A DNA stretch of 62,361 nt, counting the filler, from Candidatus Tectimicrobiota bacterium (GTDB lineage: Bacteria > JACPSX01): assembly GCA_016193065.1 (NCBI GenBank). It is 7 parts of 7 records of this genome, joined end to end, with 100 filler letters (N's around TTAATTAATTAA, not from the genome) between each part and the next. Parts side by side here need not be neighbours in the genome. Positions count along the whole stretch, not along the records: positions 18,367 to 28,636 come from JACPSX010000181.1; positions 28,737 to 39,153 come from JACPSX010000206.1; 5 more parts are not named here. One strand, written 5' to 3'. This document shows, one piece after another, positions 19,848 to 30,707 of the stretch. The notes beneath the pieces are model-generated. The model was not told the DNA's origin. It was given only the letters and a program-made list of their open reading frames with translations, and did not search any database. The position numbers were made by a program, and so were the translations under genes. Every line of letters begins with the position of its first letter. Position 1 is the stretch's first letter.

Positions 19848-20891
19848 TCATGCCGGCTGGGTGACTGCAGCGTGGATTTTGAAGAGGTCCGGAACGTCTT
19901 TGCTGGCATAGCTGCGGCCGATGCCGCACTCAGTGGCCACGGCGAAGTCGGAGACCACCTTTTGCGCGGCCGCGATCCGCTTCCTGGTGCCCTGGACTCC
20001 GTCGGTATTGTGCACCAGCCCCAGGACCAACTCTGTTTCCGGATGCAGCTTAAGGTTCTTAAGGGGCGCGAAGTAGGCCTCATCGCTGCGGTCTTTGGGC
20101 ACCGGCATGTGGATCCAGGCGATCGGGCGCTTGACTGCGGCCGAGATTGCATTGGCGAGAGCCACCATCTTGCCGCTGTCCTCGGGCTCAATGAAGTGTT
20201 TCTTGTTCAAGTCGCCGTAGCAAAGGTGAAAGCCAAGCTGGACGTCGTCCGGAATCGGCTTGGAGATGCGGGCCAACCGCTTGACGATCTCGTCCTCCGG
20301 GTTCTGCCAGGGGGACTTAAACAGCCGGCCGTCGTAAATGACCATCTCGCGGCACACGTCCCACTGCATAGCCAGCTCGTTGTGGGGGATCGCGGCCAGG
20401 ATTCTTTCGACTTCGGCCATCATGGCCTGCTCGTAGGCAGGCTCGACCTTGAGTTGGTCGGCAAGCGTCACGTAGGCGTGGATCGGCGCAACCGGCGTTG
20501 GGAGGGAGACTTGGAACCGGCAGCGAACCGGGATCTTGCCGGCCTCCTTGGCCCGCTTGAAGTCGAAATACGAGATTCGGGCCTCCCGGGAGTAGCCGAG
20601 CTCCGGAAACTTCAGCTCCTCCGGCTTCACCCCGGGCCTGAGCCGCACAGGAGTCAGGGCGCCGGGATGCTGGCCTTTCTCCGTCTCCGTCACTTCCAGA
20701 TCGGGATGGACCCGGAAGAGGGCATACTGGTAGCTGATCCACCCCCGCCGGGGCCCGGGCTCCCCATCAGGCAGGCGTTGCAGCCGGTCGCCGAGAATCG
20801 AGCCGGCCGTCTCGAACACCTCTTGCACGGTGCTGAGATTGACGCTGCCCACCAGATGAACGTGGCGCGGAGTATTTTGAGACGTCGTCAT
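19848..20891 (-). CDS. Single-barrel cobalamin-independent methionine synthase-like (MetE C-terminal) protein
   Basis: HLVGS, PDGE, HLCYGD and TECG Zn ligands; GGAGG SD. Confidence 0.75.
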   Translation of the reverse strand: MTTSQNTPRHVHLVGSVNLSTVQEVFETAGSILGDRLQRLPDGEPGPRRGWISYQYALFRVHPDLEVTETEKGQHPGALTPVRLRPGVKPEELKFPELGYSREARISYFDFKRAKEAGKIPVRCRFQVSLPTPVAPIHAYVTLADQLKVEPAYEQAMMAEVERILAAIPHNELAMQWDVCREMVIYDGRLFKSPWQNPEDEIVKRLARISKPIPDDVQLGFHLCYGDLNKKHFIEPEDSGKMVALANAISAAVKRPIAWIHMPVPKDRSDEAYFAPLKNLKLHPETELVLGLVHNTDGVQGTRKRIAAAQKVVSDFAVATECGIGRSYASKDVPDLFKIHAAVTQPA

Positions 20892-20995
20892 TGGTGTGCC
20901 TCCATTGTTTGGTAGGAATTTGCTTTCGGCAGCAGACAAAGTCAAGGGATTTCTCGGTCTTGCCCACTCCCACTTTTGCGACAGTATAGTGGTGA

Positions 20996-21350
20996 GGCCG
21001 CCCTCCCGCCCTTCGCTGCACGCCTCCCGCAGCGGACCCTTACGGGGCGCCCAGGGTGGGAACCCTCCGCTACCGCCACGTTAAATGCTTGGCTATCTGC
21101 AAGCAAGTCTAGGCTGCGCGGTTTCCCATCCCTGGCCGCTCCCGGTGCGGGTACCCGCCTTGCGGGTGTTGCGCTGCTCCCGGCAGTTGCGCTCAGGGCG
21201 GGAAGGTCGGCCTCTGGTTCTCTTCCTCCGAGGGGTTGCCCCCGCAGGCGATCTAAGCGGTTGCGAGGAAGAGAACTCTCAATCTGGCCGACTCAATTCA
21301 CGCCGCAAGCGCTTCGTGAGCCCAAGGGGGCAACCCGAGGAGTGGATGAG
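20996..21350. repeat. Copy B of the dispersed long-hairpin element (MITE or structured RNA)
   Basis: Nested pairings 20996-21012/21195-21212, 21051-21064/21120-21135 and 21086-21091/21100-21105. Confidence 0.8.
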
Positions 21351-21411
21351 AGAGGGTAACAATTCCTCGGTAACGAAGTGGGGGTGGGCAAGATTTCTCG
21401 GTCTGGTAAAG

Positions 21412-21951
21412 CTAGGGTCCAAAGACAAGGCGGCAGATGATCAGGGCGGCGATGAGGCTCACCAGATCGGCGAAGAGTCCGGCCAGTACGGCATGCCGCG
21501 CCTTCTTGATTCCCACTGCGCCGAAGTAAACGGCCAGGACATAAAAGGTCGTCTCGGTGCTGGCATAAGCCGTGGCGGCCAGGCGGGCGATGAAAGAATC
21601 CGGGCCGTGGGTTTTGACCAGTTCGGTGACAATTCCCAGGGAACCGCTGCCGGAGAGGGGCCGCATGATGGCCAGCGCAAGTATCTCCGCGGGCATTCCG
21701 ACGCGGCTCAATACGGGATCCAGCCAGTGCGCCAGCAAGTCGATGGCCCCCGCTCCTCGCAGCATTCCGACGGCGATCAGGATCGCCACCAGATAGGGGA
21801 TGATGCGCACCCCGACTTGAAATCCCTCCTTGGCCCCCTCCACAAAACTTTCATAAACTTTCACTCCGCGACATACGCCGTAGAGAGGGATGCCGACCAG
21901 GAAAGCCGGGATGGCCCACAGAGAAACAAAGCCGATCGCATTCTGGATCAT
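21412..21951 (-). CDS. spmB: SpmB-like nucleoside-recognition (gate) membrane protein
   Basis: VKVYESFVEGAKEG, RPLSGSG, STETTFYVLAVYFG; ATGA overlap with spmA. Confidence 0.9.
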   Translation of the reverse strand: MIQNAIGFVSLWAIPAFLVGIPLYGVCRGVKVYESFVEGAKEGFQVGVRIIPYLVAILIAVGMLRGAGAIDLLAHWLDPVLSRVGMPAEILALAIMRPLSGSGSLGIVTELVKTHGPDSFIARLAATAYASTETTFYVLAVYFGAVGIKKARHAVLAGLFADLVSLIAALIICRLVFGP

Positions 21952-22565
21952 GAGGCCTTTCCCTCTCTGGCAGCGTTCTCGACGGAGAAGACCGGCAGGA
22001 CCTCCAGGAACTTGGCCGCGGCCAGGCCGAACAGGAGAGATATGGCGGTCGCGGCAAAGGTCGTGCCGATGATGACCGTGGGGTCTTTTGACCCCGCCGC
22101 CGCCATGATGCTGACCATGGTTGCGGGGATGAGTTGCACCCCGGCGGTGTTGATCGTGAGGAACATGCACATGGCGTTCGTGGCCACACCCGGTGTAGGG
22201 TTAAGCCGATCGAGATCCGCCATGGCCTTCAGTCCCAGAGGCGTGGCCGCGTTGCTCAATCCCAGCATGTTCGCGGTGATGTTCATGAGCATGCTGCCCA
22301 TGGCGGGATGATCGGCGGGAACGTCGGGGAAAAGCCGGCGCATGACCGGGGCGATGATCTTTGCCAGCAGCCTGACCAGACCTGAATCCTCGGCGATCTT
22401 CATGAGCCCCATCCACAGCGCCATGACCCCGATGAGACCGATGGCGATGGTCACGGAACTGCCGGCCGAATCGATGGCCGCCCGGGTCACGTCTTCGATT
22501 TTGCCGTTGATCCCTCCCACCACCACCGCAACAATAATCAGCGCAAGCCAAATGACGTTCAGCAT
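21948..22565 (-). CDS. spmA: SpmA-like membrane protein
   Basis: ANMLGLSNAATPLGLKAM. Confidence 0.9.
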   Translation of the reverse strand: MLNVIWLALIIVAVVVGGINGKIEDVTRAAIDSAGSSVTIAIGLIGVMALWMGLMKIAEDSGLVRLLAKIIAPVMRRLFPDVPADHPAMGSMLMNITANMLGLSNAATPLGLKAMADLDRLNPTPGVATNAMCMFLTINTAGVQLIPATMVSIMAAAGSKDPTVIIGTTFAATAISLLFGLAAAKFLEVLPVFSVENAAREGKAS

Positions 22566-22700
22566 GATTTCGTCTCCGGCAGGAGTACTCTCCCTGCAGG
22601 TTGTGCAGGCCTGAGCGCGACTTTCCGAAATTGGAACGTGAACAGCTTTCCGCCACTATACAAGTAGCCAATCTCAAACGTCAAACGAAATCGGAGAGGA

Positions 22701-23366
22701 TTAACGGCGGACGTTCAGGGTGAAGCTCACGTCCAGCGCGTCTTTGACCCTCACTAAGCCCAGCCCGGCCGTGACCGGTTCGATCCCGAAATCTGTTTGC
22801 TTGATCGTGAAGCTTCCCCTGGCTGTGATTGTGTCCTGCCCGAGGCTGGCCCGGACGACAACGGTGGTTGGCCGCGTGACGCCGTGCAGCGTCAGGTCGC
22901 CGGCGATCGTCAGGACGAGGCCGTCGGCCGTCTTTCCCGTCAGCGACACGGTGCGCGATTGAAACAGGATGGTCGGAAACCGCCGCACATCGAGCACGCG
23001 ATCGCTCAGCATGGTCTGTTGGACTTCAGGAACATCCTCCGCAGGTTCCCCCCTGCCGGTGACCTTGAGCGCCGCTGCATCGAATTCAACCCGGACGGTG
23101 GAGCGAGCCGGCTCGTCGGGATCGAAGGACACCTCACCCCTGACCGCCGGTGCGATTACTTCATGGGTGTGCCCCGCGAAGCTGAGGAGGCCGGTTTTTC
23201 CCACGTTGATCACGACGTGGCTGCCTTCCGGTGCGATGGCGAAGACCTGCGGGCCCTCCAGACCTGCCGCGCCGGCAGGATTTATCAAGGCGGACACAAG
23301 GAGGGCCGGCCACATCCAGCGGCCGCGCCCAAGCGAAGCTTTCATCGTTCGCATCCAGGCGTCCAC
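22701..23366 (-). CDS. YceI-family lipid/polyisoprenoid-binding protein
   Basis: Signal peptide, FPTILFQS, GDLTLHGVT, TDFGI. Exact start is uncertain. Confidence 0.85.
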   Translation of the reverse strand: MDAWMRTMKASLGRGRWMWPALLVSALINPAGAAGLEGPQVFAIAPEGSHVVINVGKTGLLSFAGHTHEVIAPAVRGEVSFDPDEPARSTVRVEFDAAALKVTGRGEPAEDVPEVQQTMLSDRVLDVRRFPTILFQSRTVSLTGKTADGLVLTIAGDLTLHGVTRPTTVVVRASLGQDTITARGSFTIKQTDFGIEPVTAGLGLVRVKDALDVSFTLNVRR

Positions 23367-23404
23367 AGTGAGAAAAGAATGAGGAATACTCGCAATGGAC
23401 CTCC

Positions 23405-26400
23405 TTATGCTCGGCGGGGAGAAGCCTGGCAGCCCTGGAGCCTGCTGATCACCGCTCCGAGCGCTCCGATTTCCACAGGAACGCCATCCCGATAGGCGAT
23501 CGCTTGATTGGAATAGGGCGAAACACGAGGACCGGGAGTGATGATGCCGACCAAGTTTAGGGGATCTGCGCTGGCCACGATCACTGTCTCCTGTTTCGCT
23601 TGCACGCGGCGCACGGCGCGTAGCGCTTCGACCGCTTCCGGCAGCGCGAATTGTTCGCCGATAAACCCGTTCACAAACCGGCCCCCTCGAATCTCACCCC
23701 GGGCCTCGAGGCGGCGGTAAATTGAAAGAAGCATGCGCCACGGCGGCGCCTGGGTTTCCCGGGCCAGCAATTCGCGAAAAACCAGCCCGTAGCGGCGCAG
23801 AAGCTGGCGCGCCATGACCTCTTGGGCCTTTTCCCGATCGAAGCCCTGCGCGGCATCCCGGTGGACGCGCCACAGAGACCAGCGCCCGACGGGCATTAAG
23901 CGTTCTGCCGCCCGGCCGCCTCGAAGCGTGCCCAGTCGAGGTCTTTTCCCCCTGCGCTTCACTTCAGGGGTGAGAAGAACTCGCAGACCCGCGACGCCGT
24001 CGCCGGTGGCCAGGCCGCGCGCCACCAGCTCCCAGAGGGCTTCTTCTGCCTGGATTTTCAGGCAACCCACGTCGCGGGCGATATCCGCGAGGAACGAGGC
24101 CCCGCGCCGCTCGAGATAACGGGCGATGTCCGCGGCCAGGGGGGACAGGCCCTCCGCTTCTTCCCGGAGGTCCGGCAGGGGCTCTAAAAAGTTCGTCAGA
24201 TCTTCGCGAAGGACGAAGGCAATCGGCGCCGAACGCGTGGGGGCCTGCCGGGATGTGCGCGATTTGGCGGGCCGCTGACCCTCTTTTTGGAGAACCTTCG
24301 GACCTGCCTCCCCGTCCTCTTGAGCTGAGCCGCCGGGTTTCAGCCTCCCCCATGCCACAACACCCGCAAGGCACAGGCTCTCCAGATCCTCCGGATCGTA
24401 TTTTGCGATCCTTGAGAGGAGCACATGTTGTTCCCATGCCTGGGCCGGGAGCTCCAGTCCCTGAAGTTGCCGGACGATCCCCAGCACGCCTTCCCGGCCG
24501 TGCAGTCGGCAGGTGGGCAGCAGGTGCTGCCAGCGCAGAAGGAAGCGCAGGAAATCCGCCGCGGAAACCGCCTCGATCTCCCGCCGCAGGGAGCCGATCG
24601 TCAAGCGGTGGATGCGCGCCAGGAGACCCCGCTCGCACCACTGGATTTCCTCGGACGGTGTCCCAGGCGTCCGCGCCGGCGCGAAGTGTCCCTGGAGAAC
24701 TACACCGGAAGCTTCCAGGGCTGAAAGCCCCCTGCGGGCCTGTCCCATTGGCGGAGATCTGCGGGTTTATCTGGAATCCGTGAAACAAGGCGCGCACCAG
24801 ATCCAATCGTTCCGCTGCCACGTAGCCGCTCCGTTCCAGAGCTTCGTTTTCCGGCTGCCAGCGGGCTACGGTGGCCCGCCCCGCCGCAATCAGCTCCCCG
24901 GCCAACCCTTGCCATGATCGGCTCTCTTCCAGTGGCAGCAGAACGACACCGAGGAGGAGATCGTGTAGTTCGTCAGCGTCGCGAACGTCCGGCCAGGCTT
25001 GCGCGCGGACCTGCTCAATGGCTTCCGGGCTTAAGGCGCCTATGCCGCGAGCCAGATCGGGGTCCACCCGGCGCAAGGCCACCGCCCGGGCGCGGCGCTC
25101 TTCCAGGGGGGCATCGTCAAGGAAAGCATACGGATTCGCGTTCAGGATCTCGTGAGCCATGGGGGAGGGGGAGGGTGTCTCAACGGCCATCGTCTGTAAC
25201 TCGCCGCGCTCGATCCTCGCTAAAATTTCCCGGAGCCCGTCCAGGTCCATGGCCTCGCGCAGGCAGTTTTCCATGGTCTCCCGGACCAGCGGATGATCCG
25301 GGGGGTCAATCGAGCCGGTTCGGTTATCCTGACACATGACCTGTTCCGGAAAGACGGCAGCCAGAAGATCCTCGGCGCGCATGCGCTGGATCGCCATCGG
25401 CACCTTCTTGCCGGTGCGGAAGCGCTCCACGGCCAGGGACCGGGTGACGTTCCAGCGCCACCGGTTCGTGAACATCGGCGCCGCCAGGGCGGCCTGGATC
25501 AGATCCTTTTCAACCGTGTCGGCGCGGACATAGGAGAAAATTGCGTCCAGGGGAAAAGAGTGTCGATCGGTGAGCGACAGGACCAGGCCGTCGTCCGTCG
25601 CGGCCGCTTGCAGTTCGAAGTCAAACGTCACACAGAAACGCTTGCGGAGCGCCAGTCCCCAGGCCCGGTTGATCCGGCCCCCGAAGGGGGTGTGGAGAAC
25701 GAGCTGCATGCCTCCGGCTTCATCGAAGAAGCGTTCGGCGACGATGCACCGGCTGGTGGGAACGCAGCCCAACACCGCCATGGTTTCCCGGACGTAAGAG
25801 ACGATCTGTGCCGCGGCCGGTTGCGGAACGCCGCTGGTTTCCTTGAGCCAGAGGATCGCACCGGGGACATCGCTGATTCGGGCGGAAACTTCCCGCCTCA
25901 GCTCCGAGACGGCGGTGGAGAGCTCGGCAGTTCGCGACGGCGCCTCCCCGAGCCAAAACGGCACCGACGGCGGCGCTCCTTGCGCGTCCTCAACCCACAC
26001 CTTGCCCTGCGCCACCCGGCGGATTTTCCAGGACCGGTTGCCAAGGAGAAAAATGTCTCCGGCCAGGCTTTCCACGGCAAAGTCTTCGTTGACCTTTCCG
26101 ACCATCATCTCACTGGGGGCCTCGATCACGTCGTAGTCCGCCGTATCGGGAATGGCCCCGCCGTTGGTGATCGCCGTGAGCCGCGTCCCGCGGCGAGCCC
26201 GCAGACGGCCGTGGACAAGGTCACGGTGGAGGAGGGCGCCCCGTCTTCCTCTTCTGCCGGCGATTCCCTCGGAGAGCATCTGCAAAATCTCTTCAAAATC
26301 TTCCCGGGTCAAATTTCGATAGGGGTAGGCCCCGCGCACGAGATCCCAGATCTCCTCCTCCGCCAGGCCGGAAGCTTCCTCTTCCTTAATGAAGGTAAGC

Positions 26401-27716
26401 TGCCTGCCCGGGTTCGGTTTTGCGGTCCTGCCGGCCACCGCCGCCGCGATCTGCTGAGCCAGGACATCCAGGGGTTTCTCAGGAATGAAGATCCGGTCCA
26501 AGTCGCCGCGCCGCGCCGCCCGAATCGCCGCGGCGCATTGCACCAGCTCGTCACGGGTTAAAGGATAAAGGACCCCTTTGGGCGTGGCGCCCAGCCAGTG
26601 CCCGGAACGACCGATTCTCTGCAGGAGAGTGGCCAGGGCGCGCGGAGCGCCGATGTGGCAGACCAGATCCACATGGCCGATGTCGATGCCGAGCTCCAGC
26701 GACGCCGTAGCCACCACCACGGGGACCTCCGCCGCTTTCAACTTGTGCTCCGCTTCCAGACGGGTCCTGCGGGAGAGGCTGCCGTGATGCGCCAGGACCC
26801 GGCCTTCGCCCAGCCGGGTGGCCAGTTGATGGGAGACGCGCTCCACCAACCGGCGGGTATTGACAAAAACCAGCGTTGTCCGGTGCGCTTGCACGCGGGC
26901 GGCAATGCGGTCGTAAATCTCCGCCCAAAGTTCGTGGGTCGTGATGGGGCCGAGCTCTTGGTCGGGGACTTCGATGGTTAGGTCCAGGTCGCGGCTGTGG
27001 CCTTCGTCCACAACGGCGCAGTCCGGCGAGCCGTCGGATCTCAAGTGGTTCGTCCCGACCAGAAGACGGGCAATCTCCGCGATAGGTTTTTGGGTGGCGC
27101 TCAAGCCGATGCGCTGCAGGCGGCGCCCGACGAGAGCATCCAGCCGTTCCAGAGAAAGCGCCAGATGAGATCCCCTCTTGTCACCGGCTACCGCATGAAT
27201 CTCGTCCACGATGACGGTCTGTGCCGTCTTTAAGAACTCCCGGCTGCCGGCGGCAGTCAAGAGAATGTAGAGCGACTCGGGAGTGGTAATGAGAAGGTGC
27301 GGGGGGCGTCGTGCCATCCGGCGGCGCTCCCCCATGGGCGTGTCCCCGGAACGCACGGCCACCCGGATCTCCGGAACGGTTAACCCTTCCGCTTGAGCCA
27401 ACTGCAGGATTCCGTGCAGGGGTTCCCTCAGGTTTTTTTCGATGTCGTTGCCGAGAGCTTTCAGCGGGGAGACATAAACAACTCTGGTTTTGTCCTCCAG
27501 ACGGCCTGCGGCAGCCTCGCGAACGAGGCGATCGATGAACCACAGAAAGGCGGCGAGGGTTTTCCCGGACCCGGTCGGCGCGGCGATGAGCGTATCGCTC
27601 CCCGCGGCGATGTGCTTCCAGCCCGATTCTTGGGGGGCGGTCGGATTGGAGAACCGCGCGGAGAACCATCGCCAGACCAGGGGGTGGAAGGAACTGTCCG
27701 CTGGACTTGCCTTCAT
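23405..27716 (-). CDS. lhr: Lhr-family SF2 helicase, frameshifted near 24750
   Basis: APTGSGKT, DEIH, HHGSLS, QRIGRSGH. The C-terminal winged-helix/AlkZ-like part (GGRFVNGFIGEQFA) is in a second frame. Confidence 0.88.
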
Positions 27717-27802
27717 ATATGCTTCTGTTTACAAGCAGTTACAGGTTTGGATCAACTTCCTCTTGCCTGCTTTTCCTTTTGCGGGTATTTCTTTACCTCG
27801 TT

Positions 27803-28390
27803 ATGCCGTTGCTCTTTACCCCACAAATGGAGAAGCGGGTCACCCCGCGCCTGCGCCACATGCTGGAGGTGGCCTTGCGCCGTTTCCCGGAATTGCAGGG
27901 AAAAGCCATCACCGTAGGGTACACCCGGGCCAATCTCGGCACCGCCATTATCCCGCTCGGACCCGGATCGGATGTGAAAATGGGCATTCGTCTGAACCCT
28001 CGCAATTTGACTTATAATACCATTGGTCACGAACTGACGCATCTGGTCCAGGGTCTATCCCAGCATTCAAGAAAGGCTCACCGCAAAAGCAAGCGGGCAA
28101 CGATGGGGAAAATCCCCGGTGGGGAAACGCAGTGCGATATCTGGACTTTGGCGCGCAGCGATCTGTTCTGTGATGATGCACCCCTGTATCTGCGCTTACC
28201 TCGTCATGTAAGAAAGAACTGGCCGCACTATGCCGGATCGGTTCGCACCCTTTGCATCGCCGCCATCGAGAAACGCCAGACGTACCGGCTCTACATCCGC
28301 TGGCTGGAATCTCAGATCAAACAGCTCCCCCGACGGTCGCTTTTCACGAGCGCAGACGACAGGCAACTGCGCCTCCCCTTTGACGACTGA
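27803..28390 (+). CDS. HExxH zincin-like hypothetical protein
   Basis: IGHELTH followed by GETQCD; ends in QLRLPF. Confidence 0.65.
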   Translation: MPLLFTPQMEKRVTPRLRHMLEVALRRFPELQGKAITVGYTRANLGTAIIPLGPGSDVKMGIRLNPRNLTYNTIGHELTHLVQGLSQHSRKAHRKSKRATMGKIPGGETQCDIWTLARSDLFCDDAPLYLRLPRHVRKNWPHYAGSVRTLCIAAIEKRQTYRLYIRWLESQIKQLPRRSLFTSADDRQLRLPFDD

Positions 28391-28636
28391 GGCGTCTCCT
28401 CCTCAAACTCTCAGGGTCCCCAGGAAGGCTGCGGAGCTCTCAGAGGATTTCCGCCGGGATTCGGCCTTCAATGTGCCAGGTCCCCTGCTCTAACCCCGAT
28501 CCGACATTCATCAGATCCGGTAATCGTGGCTGATCCGCGCTCGATCACGAGAAAAAGTCGGTTCTGCCATGAATCGACCACTCACCTTCAGTGAGTTTAT
28601 GGACCCCCCACCCATATCCCGACAGTCCTTGCCGCA

Positions 28637-28736
28637 NNNNNNNNNNNNNNNNNNNNNNNNNNNNNNNNNNNNNNNNNNNNTTAATTAATTAANNNNNNNN
28701 NNNNNNNNNNNNNNNNNNNNNNNNNNNNNNNNNNNN
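28637..28736. other. Artificial scaffold spacer
   Basis: N-TTAATTAATTAA-N. Confidence 0.98.
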
Positions 28737-28737
28737 T

Positions 28738-29295
28738 AACCCCTTCGAGGTTCGGAGCGGGCAGATCGGCAAAGAGCTCGATCAGACGCTTGTAAACGTC
28801 AAGCGAGATGGAATTAGGATTCACGGGCGGCAGATGGGTTCCCAACGGGCTGGCTCGATCCGCTGTGCAAGTCTCAACCCCACGGTATTCCTTGAATTCC
28901 CCAAGTCTGCCACGCTAGCCGACAATGAGCGGATTCCTGTCCGTTACGAGTTGACCATCAACCTTGATTTGAGTCCAGAGGCTCGCTACGTCACCCTCGT
29001 CCACGAACTCGCTCACCTTTACTGCGGGCATCTCGGCACACCCAATAAGAATGGGTGGCCAGACCGGCGCGGGCTGCCACACGGAGCAAGAGAGTTTGAG
29101 GCTGAGTCAGTCGCGTATCTTGTTTGCTCCCGGCTCGGTATCGACAACCCCTCCGCCGAGTACCTCGGCGGCTATGCCAACACACGTGAACAGGTGCCGC
29201 CCATCAGCCTTGAGTGCGTGATTAAATCCGCCAGCCTCATTGAGAATATGGGCCGGCAACTGCTGAAACCTAGGAAAGCAAGGATTTCCCCGTGA
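28738..29295 (+). CDS. ImmA/IrrE- or ArdC-like metallopeptidase (5'-partial)
   Basis: TLVHELAH...EFEAESVAY; frame is open to the scaffold edge. Confidence 0.75.
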   Translation, partial: NPFEVRSGQIGKELDQTLVNVKRDGIRIHGRQMGSQRAGSIRCASLNPTVFLEFPKSATLADNERIPVRYELTINLDLSPEARYVTLVHELAHLYCGHLGTPNKNGWPDRRGLPHGAREFEAESVAYLVCSRLGIDNPSAEYLGGYANTREQVPPISLECVIKSASLIENMGRQLLKPRKARISP

Positions 29296-29354
29296 CCACC
29301 CTCAAAGAGGGATCTGCCGCCTTTTTCGCCATCAATCTAATCCTAAAAACGCGC

Positions 29355-29384
29355 TTGACAGGTAACGGAGGCCAGTTTATGAAT
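29355..29384 (+). promoter_or_regulatory. Candidate sigma70 promoter for the HATPase-STAS-PIN operon
   Basis: TTGACA-17 nt-TATGAA(T). Confidence 0.45.
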
Positions 29385-29442
29385 GGCACATGGAATTCAA
29401 TTACTTCAATATGTTAGAAACGCCGTTAGAGCGAGTTAGTGA

Positions 29443-30321
29443 ATGCCTATCAGAGTAGGTATTCCTCAGGTGAACAAATGGGACGTGGAGGGGGGAGTAC
29501 GGGGGATCCTGAAAGCAACCGACAGATACGCAAACTCCCAAGATCCGCTTGTCTTGGACCTCGCCAGGTGTTCGTTCCTCTCAGCGGAAGCCACGGCCCT
29601 ATTGGCCTCGATATTCCTCGTAAGACGGAAAATGGAAGCTTCGACCCAAATTGACTCAACTACCGTACAGTGGCCCGTGTGGCGTCACTTGCAGCGGATG
29701 TGGTTCTTCTCCTTAAGTGGTATCGAGGAGAAGGGTATTGCTCCAGGGTCATCGCTCCCTTTGTTCCACACGGAGGCTCTAGAAAAAGACCGAATCCTCC
29801 GATATATTGATGAGGAGATACTGGGACGCCCGGCAATGCCTTCAATGACACCATCCCTGCGGAAGGAGATCCGGCGCGCATTTTTCGAAGTAATCGGAAA
29901 CGTATTTCACCATAGTGGCTCACTAATCGGAGCAGTTGTCTGCGGGCAGATCTATCCGAATGATAATGAGATTCAGATCACTTTCCTCGATAGGGGAGTT
30001 GGTGTGGCTTGCAAGGTTCGATCATGGCTTGATAGCATCGAGGACGACAAAAAGGCCATTGACTGGGCACTCAAGCGGGGAACCTCAACCTTGGCCACGG
30101 GAACCCAATCGCGCGGGTTGGGATTGTACCTGCTTCGGGAATTCATAAAAGCAAATGAAGGCCAGTTTAGAGTTTATGCAAACGGAGCCTTCCTTGAGGA
30201 GGCCTCCGGGCGAAGAACTTATAGGACGCTTAATCCCCCCCTGGGAGGAACTCTTGTGGACCTTCGGATCAATATTCGCCCGGATGTGGAGTATGGATTC
30301 CAACAGGATTTCGAGAATTAA
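29443..30321 (+). CDS. STAS-like + HATPase (RsbW/SpoIIAB-like GHKL) protein
   Basis: LDLARCSFLS N-terminal domain; N-box EVIGNVFHH, G1 DRGVG, GTST, G2 RGLGLY, GT; no HisKA domain. Confidence 0.8.
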   Translation: MPIRVGIPQVNKWDVEGGVRGILKATDRYANSQDPLVLDLARCSFLSAEATALLASIFLVRRKMEASTQIDSTTVQWPVWRHLQRMWFFSLSGIEEKGIAPGSSLPLFHTEALEKDRILRYIDEEILGRPAMPSMTPSLRKEIRRAFFEVIGNVFHHSGSLIGAVVCGQIYPNDNEIQITFLDRGVGVACKVRSWLDSIEDDKKAIDWALKRGTSTLATGTQSRGLGLYLLREFIKANEGQFRVYANGAFLEEASGRRTYRTLNPPLGGTLVDLRINIRPDVEYGFQQDFEN

Positions 30322-30354
30322 GGCAGAGCCTTTTGCCAATGAGAAAATGACACC

Positions 30355-30705
30355 ATGCGCACCCTAAAGGTCAGCATCATTTGTGGTAAGCATTGTCTTG
30401 CTCCTGATGAGGGCGAGGCTCTCTTCAAAGAGATCTATGGAACCTTGCAGAAAGGAGAAGATGTCCTTTTGGACTTCAACGGAGTGGACACCTTGGCCAG
30501 TTCCTTCCTGAATACGGCCGTGGGCAGACTATTTGGTAAATTCGACTACGGGTTCCTTGACGCCAGGCTGCAGTGGGTAGGTCTGGACCAGCAGGACGAG
30601 AGAGTGTTAAGGCTAGTCATCGAAAACGCCAAGGAGCATGTCCAAAAGAGTGAAGCCGAACGCGAGATCACGGCGAAGATTGTGCGCAGAGCCATTGGGG
30701 AGTAG
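30355..30705 (+). CDS. STAS-like (DUF4325-type) protein
   Basis: VLLDFNGVDTLASSFLNTAVGRL. Confidence 0.85.
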   Translation: MRTLKVSIICGKHCLAPDEGEALFKEIYGTLQKGEDVLLDFNGVDTLASSFLNTAVGRLFGKFDYGFLDARLQWVGLDQQDERVLRLVIENAKEHVQKSEAEREITAKIVRRAIGE

Positions 30706-30707
30706 CC

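Noticed and set aside
21412-22565. spmAB as evidence of sporulation
   Set aside because: The family is widespread in non-sporulating bacteria.
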